DNA of 64,000 nt. Origin: Nemertoderma westbladi. Lineage: Eukaryota > Animalia > Xenacoelomorpha. The position numbers were made by a program, and so were the translations under genes. Location: positions 4,636 through 68,635 of the forward strand of contig JAUCBJ010004729.1 in assembly GCA_032718475.1 (NCBI GenBank), written 5' to 3'. Of this stretch, positions 28,684 through 40,662 are shown piece by piece; the stretch's first letter is position 1; the number at the start of each line of letters is the position of its first letter. The notes beneath the pieces are model-generated. The model did not search any database, was not told the origin of the DNA, and was given only the letters and a program-made list of their open reading frames with translations.

Positions 28684-31600
28684 TTACGTTATGGAGTCCC
28701 TAGATGTTTGAAGGATTAGGGAGGTGGTCGTGGGAAGAGAATCTTGCCTTCCACAGTTTCCGGAGAGTCCTCCATTCCCTTCCGGTAAACACAAACGACC
28801 AGCTGGGCGATTGAGTCGCTGCATCCCGAATACAATTCCAGGTTTCCTCTTCGTCCTGGAATAGTGACGATAGAAACATCGCTCTAGGTACACGACGGCC
28901 TTACAAAGCCTATTCCAGGAGCTATAGTGGTCCGTCGCTCCCTGCATGAGAGGTGAGAGTCCCTGCGAGACGTCTGATGTTCCAGAGCTCCAATCGCTCT
29001 CTCTGATCTTCATGAAGGATCCACTCGCGGTGGGGAGGTCCAGATCCACGGCGTCGTCCCTGGCAATATGTAATACCGACAGATCTATCCCGGGTTCAAA
29101 TAACTCCGCTCCACCCGTCCGGGTTTTTGGTTTGACTTTCTCCGCTCCCTTGGCTGGTCTAATCTCAGTCGGAGTAAGATGGGGAGGCCATTCATCCTCC
29201 TTACTCAGGAAGTCGGGTTCACCTAACCGGTCTGTAGTATCTGTCAGTTCTTGAGGAGTTGCTCCTCTGGAAGCGATGTCAGTTGTATTCATCGTCTTGG
29301 GGCAATATCTCCATTGATCTACATTGGAGTTAAGATTGTCATTATCTGAGGAGTGTGGTGTTCCCTCAGTTGGGTCGTCTCCCTCACTAGTATCATCTTC
29401 CCATTCACTCACCTGGCGGACGCGATCTTGAAGCAGTCTTTCTCTGAGCGTTCTTCGGGAAGGTCCAGTAAGGTACCAACCTACTCTAGTTCTTACCGCA
29501 TAGGTCTGTAGTGGCTGCGGTTGAGCAGGTCGTTTCTCTAATGTCTCCAGCGCCTCATGCGCGTTTTGGCCGATGAGTATTTGCACTCCAGGATAATCAG
29601 TCTGGAATCGAGGTATGTTAAGATGTTGGATGCTCTCATCCTCGTCCCAATTATAAAGGTCTGCTTGAGTAGTAGCGAAGTTCTTTATAGCCACCATTTT
29701 CACTGACCTTATACTGTATTCTCCTAGTTTATCCTGTGGGGTGGACAACTCACCTATATAATAGTCGGCAGCTACAGTAGAATTCCAAACCTGCATGATC
29801 CCTGACATGTTTAGCTTGGTTCGGAACTTGGGTTGTCCAGCAAAGATGACTTCGGCTAGTTCTTTATCGATGAATGTTCCTGTGCTACCGGAGTCCAGGA
29901 GGGCGTTCACTATATAGCTCTTCTGAGGTCCGTGGACCCGTAACTGGACTACAGGAAATTCTCGGATTCCTATATTGGAAGTTGGCGCTTTCCAAGATGG
30001 TTGTTGATCGGAAGTAGTTAAGGTAAGGTCGCTGTCTGTGTCTTTCTCGTACACGAGTGTTCGATACACTGCGGTGGTGTTTATTAGGTAACAGGATTCG
30101 TTTTGGTCGGAGAACTCGTCCGTATAGAATCCTTCCATCTCAGATTGATCAGTGTCGTTCACATCACTGAATTGGACATGTAGTTCGGACTCACTTACCT
30201 GACTCGGGCTGTTTCGTTCGAATTCCGTGTGCAACAAGATATGATGTTTTGCGCCGCACTTTGCACACCTTGCGTCGGAGTTACAGGTTCGCCGTTGGTG
30301 TCCTCGTCTGAGGCAATTATAACACAACCGCTTATCCCACATGACTTCACGTCTATCCTTTAGTGATTTCCTCAGGAATTTATCACATGCATTTAAACGG
30401 TGGGGCCCGTCGCACAGCACACATTTGGGCTTGATGTTACTTACTTTAACATGTGCTGTGTGGTGCACACTTGTTCTTTCCTCGGGCTTTCTCACCTGAA
30501 TTCTTTTAGGAGACGTAGGAGGGGTTTTTTGTACCGGTTCCCTTCTGTCATTGGGTCGAGACTTGGGTTTACTTACCTGATCTTTAGGCATTTTATTGAC
30601 ATAAGATCTGTCAGTGTCTTTCCCGCTGTCCTCTCCTTGAGAAGTTTGGCTTTCACCGTCGTCGGTATAACATACTGGTATTACCCTTCTCCTAGAAACG
30701 GGTTTCTCACTTACCTTACTTTCCGCTGTCTTCTCTCTGGACTGCTTTATGAGCTGTAATTTCACCTCGCTATCCAGGAATGACATGAGATCAGCCATGG
30801 TAGGGTCTCGTTGTTGTTGTTCCATCATATATAACACCTTCTTGTCCCAGCGTGTACCTACTCCACCCTTGGGCAAAGTAGATGCTAAGGCTCCTACAAC
30901 CATAGAATTCTGGTATTCATGAGACTTACCTAACCAATCTAGTTGTCTACAGATCTCCTGAATCTCATCGGAAAACTCTATAATCCCGCTGCTAAGAAAC
31001 TTTCGGGGCGCTACTAACTTTGCATACAAGTACCCAGCGATATTATTCCTATTACCATACCTGATGTTTAGTGTATCCCAAACTTGTCTTAATCCGTCTG
31101 GATGTCCAATAAACTTTAACGCCATTAACTTGGGAGATCCCTCCAAGCACTCGATGAGGTATCTAAGTTTTTCTCCATTAGATAGTACAGAGTTCTGTAT
31201 GTTATCTTTGTAATATTCATTAAAAGGTAACCATTTCATCTCATCTCCATTGAACTTGACGATCTCTCCAACCTTTACCGCTTGCCGGGCTTCGGTTCTA
31301 GCCATTTGACGCGTAAAACTTTCTTGGGCCATCGTGTTATTTAATATCGAATTATCGGTATATAAATTTCTCGGATTATGATCCGGTCTATAGGGAATAT
31401 CATTATCAACAGGTCTATAATTACCCTTAATAGGGTTCACTATAGGAGTTTCTACTTCGCTAGCAGTATAGATGCGTGTAGGCTCCACACCTTGCGCATG
31501 AGATACTTCAGACCTAACGGGTTGATACATTGTTACAGAGGGTGGTGGTATACCCTTTTTTAAGTTTACTAATTTATCGCGTTCTAACGCGATACTTTGC

Positions 31601-32847
31601 TGCACTTCTTGCAACTCTAACTTACTTTCCCTCACTGTTCCTTTTAAATGTTGGACAGTCCCTTCCAACTCTCGGACCTGTTGGGAAGAGCGTATCCGAT
31701 TCTCCTTCATCTCTCCTAGGAGAATATCCATCCCCCGCCGTCTCTCGTCTACCCAATCAACCGCCGAAACGGGATCCGCCAACGTCGTAGCGGGCAAACG
31801 AGGGACAACGGGCGACAAATTTGGAATATTTCGCTCGGGGTCCAGGACCTGAACTGTCTCCTGGGCAGTTCTACGGGGCACAGGTAGCTTAGTGCTATGC
31901 AGAGGGAATTTATAGGTAGCTTCAGGGAGCACAGGTGTATCTATTACCGAAGGGGTGATTTCAAGAACAGGCCTACTTATTACAGGCTCATCTACTATAG
32001 TAGGGAGTCTTTCTATTGTAATTATTTGGTCTGTGGGTTCTGTACTCTCTAAGTTGGTGTTATTTAGTTGCCTTCTAACAGCTGGAGGCAAATCAGGCAA
32101 TTTCTGACGGTGGAATGTTCTTTTACGTCTGCTTAGGCGGGATCGATTTCCTCCGCCTTCAGTGTCGGTGGTATCGCCTTCCTCAGATGATGTATAACCT
32201 TGTCGTTTGGGAGTAGATCGATTCATCATCTGCATATTACTAGCTGTTAACTGTTTATTAAAGTTATCTTGCCTCTCTTGAAGATTTTCCAACTCTAGTT
32301 GGGTTGTCTCTTCAGATGCCCTCCATTCTGCTTCTGCCACTGCTATCTTTCTTTCCGCTTCTGCAGCTGCCGCTTTTGCCTCTGCCGCTGCCGCTTTCCT
32401 TTCCGCTTCTACGGCTGCAGCTGCCGCTTTTGCCTCTGCCGCTGCCGCTTTTATTGCTGCAGCTGCCGCTTTTGCCTCTGCCGCTGCCTCTGCTGCCTTT
32501 CTTTCCGCTTCTGCCGCTGCCACTGCCGCTGTTGCTGTCTTTCTATCTACTATACGTTTTTTCCTTACTTGTTCTTCCTTTTCTCTAGCGATGCGGAGTT
32601 GTTCATCGAATTTAGCTTGGTTCGCCGCTAACCTATCCACATCAATCGCATCTAACACAAGTTTGGCTCCTTCACTATTAGGGCTAAGTCCCTCTAACCT
32701 TCTCCTCAACTCGTCATCACCTAAAAAACGTTGATAGTCTGACAGATAGATGTCAATGGCATCCCTCTTATGCGGTTTCTCTGCTGTCACTTCACTCTCG
32801 GTTGTATCTAGTAGACTGTCTGACAGGTTCTGCTTTGCGTCAGACAT
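28684..32847 (-). CDS. BEL/Pao Gag-protease polyprotein fused in frame to an RNase H C-terminal remnant (1387 aa)
   Basis: KFNGDEMKWLPF...EKLRYLIECLEG (DUF1759-like Gag); triple Cys/His knuckle CVLC..H..C / CYNC..GH..C / CAKC..HHILLH; protease ALLDSGS; RTRVGWYLTGP; then directly QWRYCP...DIASRG...WP and YSSWNRL; no YVDD RT and no integrase. Confidence 0.9.
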   Translation of the reverse strand: MSDAKQNLSDSLLDTTESEVTAEKPHKRDAIDIYLSDYQRFLGDDELRRRLEGLSPNSEGAKLVLDAIDVDRLAANQAKFDEQLRIAREKEEQVRKKRIVDRKTATAAVAAAEAERKAAEAAAEAKAAAAAIKAAAAEAKAAAAAVEAERKAAAAEAKAAAAEAERKIAVAEAEWRASEETTQLELENLQERQDNFNKQLTASNMQMMNRSTPKRQGYTSSEEGDTTDTEGGGNRSRLSRRKRTFHRQKLPDLPPAVRRQLNNTNLESTEPTDQIITIERLPTIVDEPVISRPVLEITPSVIDTPVLPEATYKFPLHSTKLPVPRRTAQETVQVLDPERNIPNLSPVVPRLPATTLADPVSAVDWVDERRRGMDILLGEMKENRIRSSQQVRELEGTVQHLKGTVRESKLELQEVQQSIALERDKLVNLKKGIPPPSVTMYQPVRSEVSHAQGVEPTRIYTASEVETPIVNPIKGNYRPVDNDIPYRPDHNPRNLYTDNSILNNTMAQESFTRQMARTEARQAVKVGEIVKFNGDEMKWLPFNEYYKDNIQNSVLSNGEKLRYLIECLEGSPKLMALKFIGHPDGLRQVWDTLNIRYGNRNNIAGYLYAKLVAPRKFLSSGIIEFSDEIQEICRQLDWLGKSHEYQNSMVVGALASTLPKGGVGTRWDKKVLYMMEQQQRDPTMADLMSFLDSEVKLQLIKQSREKTAESKVSEKPVSRRRVIPVCYTDDGESQTSQGEDSGKDTDRSYVNKMPKDQVSKPKSRPNDRREPVQKTPPTSPKRIQVRKPEERTSVHHTAHVKVSNIKPKCVLCDGPHRLNACDKFLRKSLKDRREVMWDKRLCYNCLRRGHQRRTCNSDARCAKCGAKHHILLHTEFERNSPSQVSESELHVQFSDVNDTDQSEMEGFYTDEFSDQNESCYLINTTAVYRTLVYEKDTDSDLTLTTSDQQPSWKAPTSNIGIREFPVVQLRVHGPQKSYIVNALLDSGSTGTFIDKELAEVIFAGQPKFRTKLNMSGIMQVWNSTVAADYYIGELSTPQDKLGEYSIRSVKMVAIKNFATTQADLYNWDEDESIQHLNIPRFQTDYPGVQILIGQNAHEALETLEKRPAQPQPLQTYAVRTRVGWYLTGPSRRTLRERLLQDRVRQVSEWEDDTSEGDDPTEGTPHSSDNDNLNSNVDQWRYCPKTMNTTDIASRGATPQELTDTTDRLGEPDFLSKEDEWPPHLTPTEIRPAKGAEKVKPKTRTGGAELFEPGIDLSVLHIARDDAVDLDLPTASGSFMKIRESDWSSGTSDVSQGLSPLMQGATDHYSSWNRLCKAVVYLERCFYRHYSRTKRKPGIVFGMQRLNRPAGRLCLPEGNGGLSGNCGRQDSLPTTTSLILQTSRDSIT

Positions 32848-34159
32848 GCTTATGTGTACAGTTGAATGTCTACTGCCGTATTACAGTCTGAGCAAGTCTA
32901 GTAACTCAGTATTAACTGCTAGCCTAGTAATTAATTACCGATACTGCTACTCAGTGTAGCGTGATATATATATAATATATTAGAATACCGGGATGCTTAT
33001 AGTATATATAAGTATTATTACAGACTAGGTTTATCTCAGAATACCGGTATAATTTTAGCACAAATATATATAAATATATAATAGGCCTATCGGGAATACC
33101 GGTATACAGCTTACAATTTGTAGTATATATAATTCTGGACTAGAATTAATTACAAGTACCGGTATAATTTCAGCCTAAATTTACAGAAATAAAGATAATA
33201 GGCCTATCGTAAATACCGGTATATCAATTATTTTAAATAATTGAATTTCTGAATTTTAGGGTTACTTGGTTACTTTAACTTACTTTATTACCGTTATTCG
33301 AGCAGTAATCCAACTGATATTGAGACCTAATGGTTGTATGGTAGGCCTACTATTTATAAATCGTTAGATTTGATTTATAATATATATATATACCCGTTTT
33401 AATGGGTTTTGTCAATGTTTGAAATAAATGTTATTATTTCTGGGGAGTAATCACTACACAAAGCGGTGCGCTTTCAGTGAAGTGTTACTTATAGGACACT
33501 AAAACAAATAATACTAATTTACCTAAGTTACTTAATACTACAAATTACGTACAATTCGGGTGAGATTACAATCTCTAAATAAACACAAAAATTTACAAAA
33601 AACACAAAATACTAATTTTTAGGGTAATTTTACAAGAAGTCTACAAACCAGCCTAACAAAGGGTTAGAAATCTGGTTATTACAACGGACAGGGTACTACG
33701 GTATTTGAAAATAATAAGTAGTAGTAAATACACTGCGTTGTCCAGATAGAAAAATACCACCGCCTGACGACCTATAGCCGTATCGCTATAGGTTCTACGT
33801 TATGTATCACGGAGTGTTCCTACCTAGAAGTTAATAGAGCTAATCGAACGTGCCTATTAACCACTTTACAACACAAATATAATGCCTACACTAATTACTC
33901 TCGGAAAGCACTGTACACTAAACCCTAAATTAGGTACGAGTACTTGTACAACAGATAATCAGTAGTTAAATATACTTGAATAGCTAAAAGAACCACGGCA
34001 TCTGCTGGAGTGACCGATGCACAAAATCACCAGTCTTTACCTACGCCAAGCAGCCCGTGTAGTACCGGGGTTAATTTAACTATAGCGGTATGTATAACAA
34101 ACACAATTACTGTAGGAACAAACTTGGGGAATGAATGTTGCGAATAATCGCATAAACTC

Positions 34160-34735
34160 TGAATAATAAATATTACGCTACGCGTTCAAACTACTCAAAC
34201 AAAATGCAGACCGAACACTGACAGACTACTATCAAGCCTAAACAAACTACAGGACATGCAGACTCCGAAATGATTAGGGAGTATGCGTTCTAACCCAGTA
34301 GTACGACTTATTCTTTAGTTGGGGGTTTACCTTACAGCATTCGCTGCCCCCACTTCCTAACCGTACTTAATCGGACAGGTGATCTACACACGCTGCAATC
34401 CGCTCAGGCCTAATAACAGCCAGACAATTATCCAGCCTACAAATTATCTAAATAAATATTATACGCTACCCGTACAGACTTACACAAACAAAGTACAGAC
34501 TAAACGATGGCAGACTACTCTCAAGCCCAAATAAACTACAGGACATGCAGACTCCGAAATGATTAGGGAGTATGCGTTCTAACCCAGTAGTACGACTTAT
34601 TCTTTAGTTGGGGGTTTACCTTACAGCATTCGCTGCCCCTACTTCCTAACCGTACTTAATCGGACAGGTGATCTACACACACTGCAATCCGTTCGGACCT
34701 AACAGCAATCAGACAACAGCTCAGCCTACAAATCG
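34160..34735. repeat. Two about 289-bp tandem units in the LTR element 5' leader
   Basis: AAACTACAGGACATGCAGACTCCG...GATCTACACAC at about 34244-34391 recurs almost perfectly at about 34533-34680; flanks more diverged. Confidence 0.85.
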
Positions 34736-35103
34736 TCTGTACAATCTGATCAGGTTTACACGCCTTCTGTTCAATACTAGCCTACAAACAAATAAAACTG
34801 ACAGAAATAAGTAAGCTCCAAAAGAAACAAGGGGTGTACAGTCCCTAATCTCTTAAACAGCCTACCGGTTTACAACAATCAAGTCGAATAATACTAATGT
34901 ACTTATACGGAAAGTACCGGTTAGGACAGTTAGGCCTACCGACCTACTGAAGTACCGATTCTGGCAGTTGGACCTGCGGGCCTATGGCAGTACCGGTTCT
35001 GGCAGTTGGGCCTACTGACCTACAGATGTACCGTTCAGGTTTACCGGTTGACCGGTACTTTCAACTTTATTGCTTACTGCAATAAAGAAGCTATATCCTT
35101 TAT

Positions 35104-36345
35104 TGTTCACGCTTTCAGACCTTTGGCAGTTTAACCCGCCAAATTAGGATGTCTTCTAGATAATAAATCGCTTTAGCCTCTAACAAATATTTGATTCACT
35201 ACACTAGTTGAAACCAATCTGTGCGCGATCATTCACCCGTTGGATATACCCGGGAGATTGATTTCGACAGCTTAATCTTATTGCTATGTAAGCCTAATGT
35301 ATTATTCGACTGACAGTATTATATAATCTCTGACAATATTATTCACCTTCGGGGAATATTAACAGTTCCTTTAGGACGTGGCGCTCTATCTATATAAACA
35401 GAGTTATGACTTAAACTACTCACAACGATATGGCTTAGTTATAATTCACATATATGTCGCATTCTTTAGGAAATGCTTCTTTATCAGTTTCACTCATACA
35501 CAATGCTGCACAATACTGCACACTAATCTGCCGATCTTCACTGATTTTAGTCACATATAAAAGGAACACGGACCGAATCATGTAGGGTCTATCAAATAAC
35601 ATTAGATTCACTTCAAACCACTTTAACATAAGTCACAATCATTATATGTAACCCTTATATGTAACTTACCTTCGGTATATCAAGAATATTGGGTTTTCGG
35701 GGTTATTTCTCGTTATTCCAATATAATAATTCATCAACAAATATAATGAATAACCGACAGCAAAATCAGTAAAGTTAAGGTATAAATGATTTGGTATGGT
35801 ATGCCGCATTTATGGATGTTATGCAGGTCGATAAAGGATATATGTCCTTATAATTAAGCCTACTAGTGTAAGGCTAAAGCAGAAAAGCACAAAATACTCT
35901 AAAGCCGTTCTTCCTGGCTTAGAATCACTAACAACACTGATAAGAATAACTATAAGAATACCAGCTACCCTTATTCCACGAAGCTCCCGTTCAACACAGA
36001 GAAAGAGCAGTGAGATAGGAAAATTCAGTTCAGTAGCTCTGTGATAGGTCAAAATCAAAGCTAACTCAAATTCTATTGGCAGATACAGAAAGCTGCAACG
36101 TGGCAATATCAGCCGTTAGCCGTCGTCATGGTAGCGACACTGTTTTCAAGAGTATCGAGCTTTTTACGTCATGAAATTGCAGATTATGTCCTCTAAAGTA
36201 CAAATACAGTTCAAATACAGAAGAAATGACTTTTATGTCCTCTAAAACACCAGTACAGCAAGGACACGGCCTTTTTATGCCTGGCAAACCAACTACAGAG
36301 TACTTTAAGGGAAAATAACCGGTTAATGACGCAAAAGCTTTTACA
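35104..36345 (-). repeat. 5' LTR (1242 bp)
   Basis: Differs from the 3' LTR, as far as I can see, by one substitution (35381) and one small complex indel near 35657. Confidence 0.95.
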
Positions 36346-37597
36346 CTGAGATAAAGTTTTATAAAGTTTAAGATACAATTCAAACTTTCCGCTATTTTAT
36401 ATAGTACCATTTTTCTTTGTATGACCATAACTTTCTCAGAAATGAATGAAATTCAACGAAATTTTTAATCATACCTACGAATATAACAAGTAAAACAACC
36501 ATGTAGCAATTTTGCTCATACCTTTACCAAGGAGCCTTTCTGATCAAACCGGCTTTATTCAATTGTAAATTATACTGCTCGAATGCATGTCAAAAAGAGA
36601 CTAGTTCTACCTTTGTGAAAAGATATGAGAAAGCTCAATTAGATTTCGCTACAAGTTCATAAAAAATTTGCCAATTTCCTAAATAGAGGGAAGCTACCCC
36701 CCCCCCCCCCCCCCCCCCCCTCTAACAAATTTGGTCTTCTAATCACAATTGTTTTCTTCTATATTCATACATGTTCCCTGTTCTTACTTGATATTCCTGT
36801 GAAGTGCAATGGTGAACTTGGGCGTGCCTCCATTTATTAATCTATTTAGTTGTTTAGCTCGGAATCAATCGATTTCATCTGTTCATTCAACATTTTATAA
36901 GGGCCATTCCCCTTTGCCTTAAGGATGGTAAGCGTCATGTTGTGGTCTGGAATTCGGTAATGACTCCAGGCTACAAGGTCAAATCCAGACAAACCAGTAT
37001 TAAACCGCGCAGTTAGTTCTTTTGCCTTTGTGAGGAACTTATATTAATGCTTTGTAGTGTCAAAGAGGATACATCGCTTGAACTGCTTCTACAATAATGT
37101 ATTGCAGCACAGGAGGTTCGAATCAGAGTAAAAGCTGTAGAGATTTCGCACTATTGTGTCCCTAGGAAAGACACAATAGACGTTAGTGAATTTTCTAACC
37201 CATTTCTACAATGGGAACCTGGCTTCTCTTGGTGTAATAGCGTTGGATAGATGTCCATTGTTCATCTTTAGAAGTTAGTGTGGCTGCCTTAAAGTGTGAC
37301 ATCAAAAAGAGAGGAGCCTATGGGTTGCCTTTGGTGTTTTACATGGCTTGAAGGGCATTGTATACAACATAGGCTGGTTTGTAGCCATAGTTCAGTAAGG
37401 CTAGCCAGTTTCCATCAAAGGCAATATGCCAGTCAGCAGCTACCAGTACCAGTACTGGACGTGACTGACGTGATCGTTGCTAGTAGGCAGTATTCTCAGT
37501 GCGACGGACGGCTGCAACAGACGGGCAGGATCTAACCCGGCTGTCGTGCTATTGGAATAGTTATTGAGAGAAAATCATATTTTTTTTTATTTTCCAG

Positions 37598-37751
37598 ATC
37601 TTTGATGCCTCATTACAAGCTGGTGACGATGAATCCACTGTTGTTCGTATTGAATTGCCATTCTGTATATCAGTTGGTTGGGTTAAACTTAAGATTGTTG
37701 ATCCATTCGAAGGACAGAGGTTAAACATTCAACTGTTGGGTTGTGATGGAG
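37598..37751 (+). CDS. Module 2 exon E (domain D2 C-part)
   Basis: Copy of 10409-10562. Confidence 0.85.
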
Positions 37752-37903
37752 GTTGGTTTTTCTTCATTAATACCCTTGACTTCTGCCCTTGAACCATTAG
37801 GATCACCCCTGTATTACTGTGAACAAATTCTTCGAATTAACCACATTGAAATAATATTGTATTAATTTACCTTATTATTTTATCTAATTTATTATAATTG
37901 CAG

Positions 37904-38226
37904 ATTGTTTGGTTCCATATCCTAATCTAAGCGACCTCAAGTATTGGCCACCTGGTAAAAAAGACATTGATCCTGATTATGATGGTTGGAATCCTCAGAC
38001 AAGTTTAATCAACAAATTTAGAGGATTTAATCTTGGTTCCATACAAGACATCAAGGGATTAACCTTATTATTTAAGGATATGCCACCTGGTGTTGGAAAG
38101 TTTTCTTTCAGAGCTGTGTTCTCCAATGGTTCCCCATTAGGTCCCGGAGTTGAACTTACAGAAAGTGGCTCACTAACTCCAATTACATCTGCAGCTCAAT
38201 GGATTAATGGAAAGCCGGATTCTAAG
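37904..38226 (+). CDS. Module 2 exon F (domain D3 N-part)
   Basis: Copy of 10715-11037. Confidence 0.85.
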
Positions 38227-38790
38227 GTTAGAATCTTCCATAATAGTGAACCACAATCAGCGATATTGTTGCCAAAAAAAGAATTCTTCCAAATAAGTAG
38301 TTACTTACTTATCTTAGTTATTTAAAACAAAGTCTTTGCTATTTTTCCCAGTTATAAAAAGTAATAAATGTCTTTTTGTCCAGTTTCGGCAATTTAAATT
38401 AAATTTATTAAAGTTTGAAAATTTATTGTATAAAATTATTTTCCATTTTTTTTATTTTCCATATAGAGAACCACATATCAGCAATATTAGAACTGTCAAC
38501 TTGTAAAATAAAGAACACTTTAAAATACATAGTTTCTTAGTTGTGTTAGGTGGGGTGGGGTGGTTAGTTTACTGAAGTGTAAAGGAAACCAGTTGACCAT
38601 ATCAAATGAGAGCGACAAATCGTTTGCCTCGAAGTATTGATATGTTCATGGAAATGCAGATGAAAGAAGATCAAAGTAAATCTCCATTATTTTTGAGAAT
38701 CGTAGTCATTTCGGTCATTATATTCCAAATGTCAATACACTAAATTTAAATATCACAGCACTGATAACATCTGATATTCTATTGCTTTAG

Positions 38791-38950
38791 ATTCACACCA
38801 CTGAATTGTATGCAATTGGTACTCCTTCTTTTGCAATGGAATTCCAAGATGATGTTATTTTCCCATATTCATGGGTGACAATCATAGCTGATGACTGGTC
38901 TCCCAATAACCTTCATATATCTGCTATGGTAACTGGTCGCTGCCCTATTG
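38791..38950 (+). CDS. Module 2 exon G (domain D3 C-part)
   Basis: Copy of 11604-11763. Confidence 0.85.
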
Positions 38951-39032
38951 GTAAGTAAAATACAAACACTAATCACTAATCACTAATCACACGAATCTAT
39001 TTACATGTTTATGATGTTGTATAGTGTACACA

Positions 39033-40240
39033 TCTATATCTAAAGATCAAATTGTTTATGTATGTTTGTATGTATGTATGTTTGTTTGTTCCTCGATCTC
39101 CTCCTAAACTACAGTCTCTCGCGATATGGGGAATGTTCCGTTGGATTCAACGTGGTCCTGGGCTCTGTATAAAATAATTTTCACCGCCATGCAGTGAATA
39201 TTTTCGGTACATTTAGTACTTTTTCGATCTTGTACAAATACCGGGGAGGGGGTCATATTCACCCCCCCCCCCCCCCCCCCCCCCTCTAAAATCTATTAAT
39301 TTTAACGAAAACGTCTGATTTCTTGTTTGTACGGAGATTTCACTAGTCTGAATCCGTCAAATAATTTTTATTTTGCAGCACCAAAATTACAAAGTAGTGA
39401 ATAATTTTCATAAAATTTGAAAGTTACAATTTTCGGCTAATTGTTTTGTTTTTCAATACTAGTTTTCTGGTGCGTAAAATCCATTGGAAAATATTTAAAA
39501 ATAATCTGATTAGTATAAATGGCTGTTTTAGTCCTCTAAGTAGGCAATAAATGAAAAAAAGAAGTAACCAGCACTTTCAGTTTGAACACAACATTTTGAA
39601 TTCACTTATACGATGCTACAAATTCACATATTTTAGGTTTTCTGGGGCGCTGATTCTAATGGAATACATTTGAAATTTGCCAGATCATTGCTACTCGTAT
39701 TTTTCGGCGTAATATGGTAAATTTTGGTGCTAGCACTAAATTTCATACCCAGCACCAAAAAGAACAAGTTTGAGATGTCCAGTGGGGATTTTATTGATTC
39801 CATCGCATTCCGGACCCTCATAAACCCGTATAACGCAAGAAACAAGATGGTACTATCTATTGATTAATTTGCCTATTTTCAAAAACTTGGTTCTGGCAGA
39901 ACAATTTTCCGGTGCAAAAGCAAGTTTGAAAACTCTTATGCAATTTTTACTTATTCCATTGAATTCAGAACCCTCACAAACCCGTATAACGTAAGAAACA
40001 AGGTGACACAATCAATTGATATAATTGATGGTTTTCAAAAAATTGGTGCTAGCACCAAATTTTACACCCACTTCAGAAAAGTACAAGTTTGAGATGTCTA
40101 GTTAGATAATTATTCATTCCATTGAATTCAAAACCGCCATAAACCTCTAAAACGCGAGAAATACGTTGTCACAAGCAATTGAACTATTGAATGGATTTTC
40201 AAAATTTCGTGCTGGCACCAAATTTTGCACACAGCCAACT
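39033..40240 (+). mobile_element. Possible Helitron-like non-autonomous element with internal about 160-bp repeats; 3' end not found
   Basis: Begins A|TCTATATC followed by (GTAT)/(GTTT) microsatellite; internal repeats at about 39720-39860, 39885-40020 and 40040-40180; absent from the module 1 intron. Confidence 0.4.
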
Positions 40241-40251
40241 AAATTAATACT

Positions 40252-40662
40252 TCGATTGCAGTTGGTCCAAAATGCAGCTGCTCGTCTCTTAGTTGGAGTA
40301 AAATAACGGGACCACATCACTCCGGTGCTGATGGACCTTTACTGGCTTCCAATTCATCGCAGCATTGAATTCAAAATTGCATTATTAACACACAAATGCA
40401 TTCATCGCGTAGCCCCTGCGCATCTATGCAATTTCTTGGTGCCTTATATACCACCACGTCAGCTAGATCGAGTGACCAGGGACTTTTGAATATCCCACGA
40501 TTTCGCCTAGAGACGTACGGGAGACGTGCATTTTCGACCCGCTCCTACAGTGTGGAACTCAGGATCCCACAGGATGTCCGCGACGCCTCTACATTGGGGT
40601 CATTCAAATCAAAACTTAAAACCTATTTGTGTCGTGCTGAATTCGGAGGACAGGGCAATTAA
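40252..40662 (+). mobile_element. Degenerate 3' fragment of an L2/CR1-group LINE
   Basis: LQLVQNAAARLL...HITPVLMDLYWLPI...IEFKI and YGRRAFS...SFKSKLKTYL; stop and frameshifts. Confidence 0.85.

Larger units (their letters stand above)
24204..36345 (-). mobile_element. BEL/Pao LTR retrotransposon, non-autonomous internal-deletion derivative, antisense in intron D-E of module 2
   Basis: Direct repeats 24204-25441 and 35104-36345 with TGT...ACA ends; 5-bp TSD CTGAG (24199-24203, 36346-36350); empty site TTCTGAAATAAAG at about 9562-9574 in module 1; BEL-type Gag-protease ORF. Confidence 0.95.
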
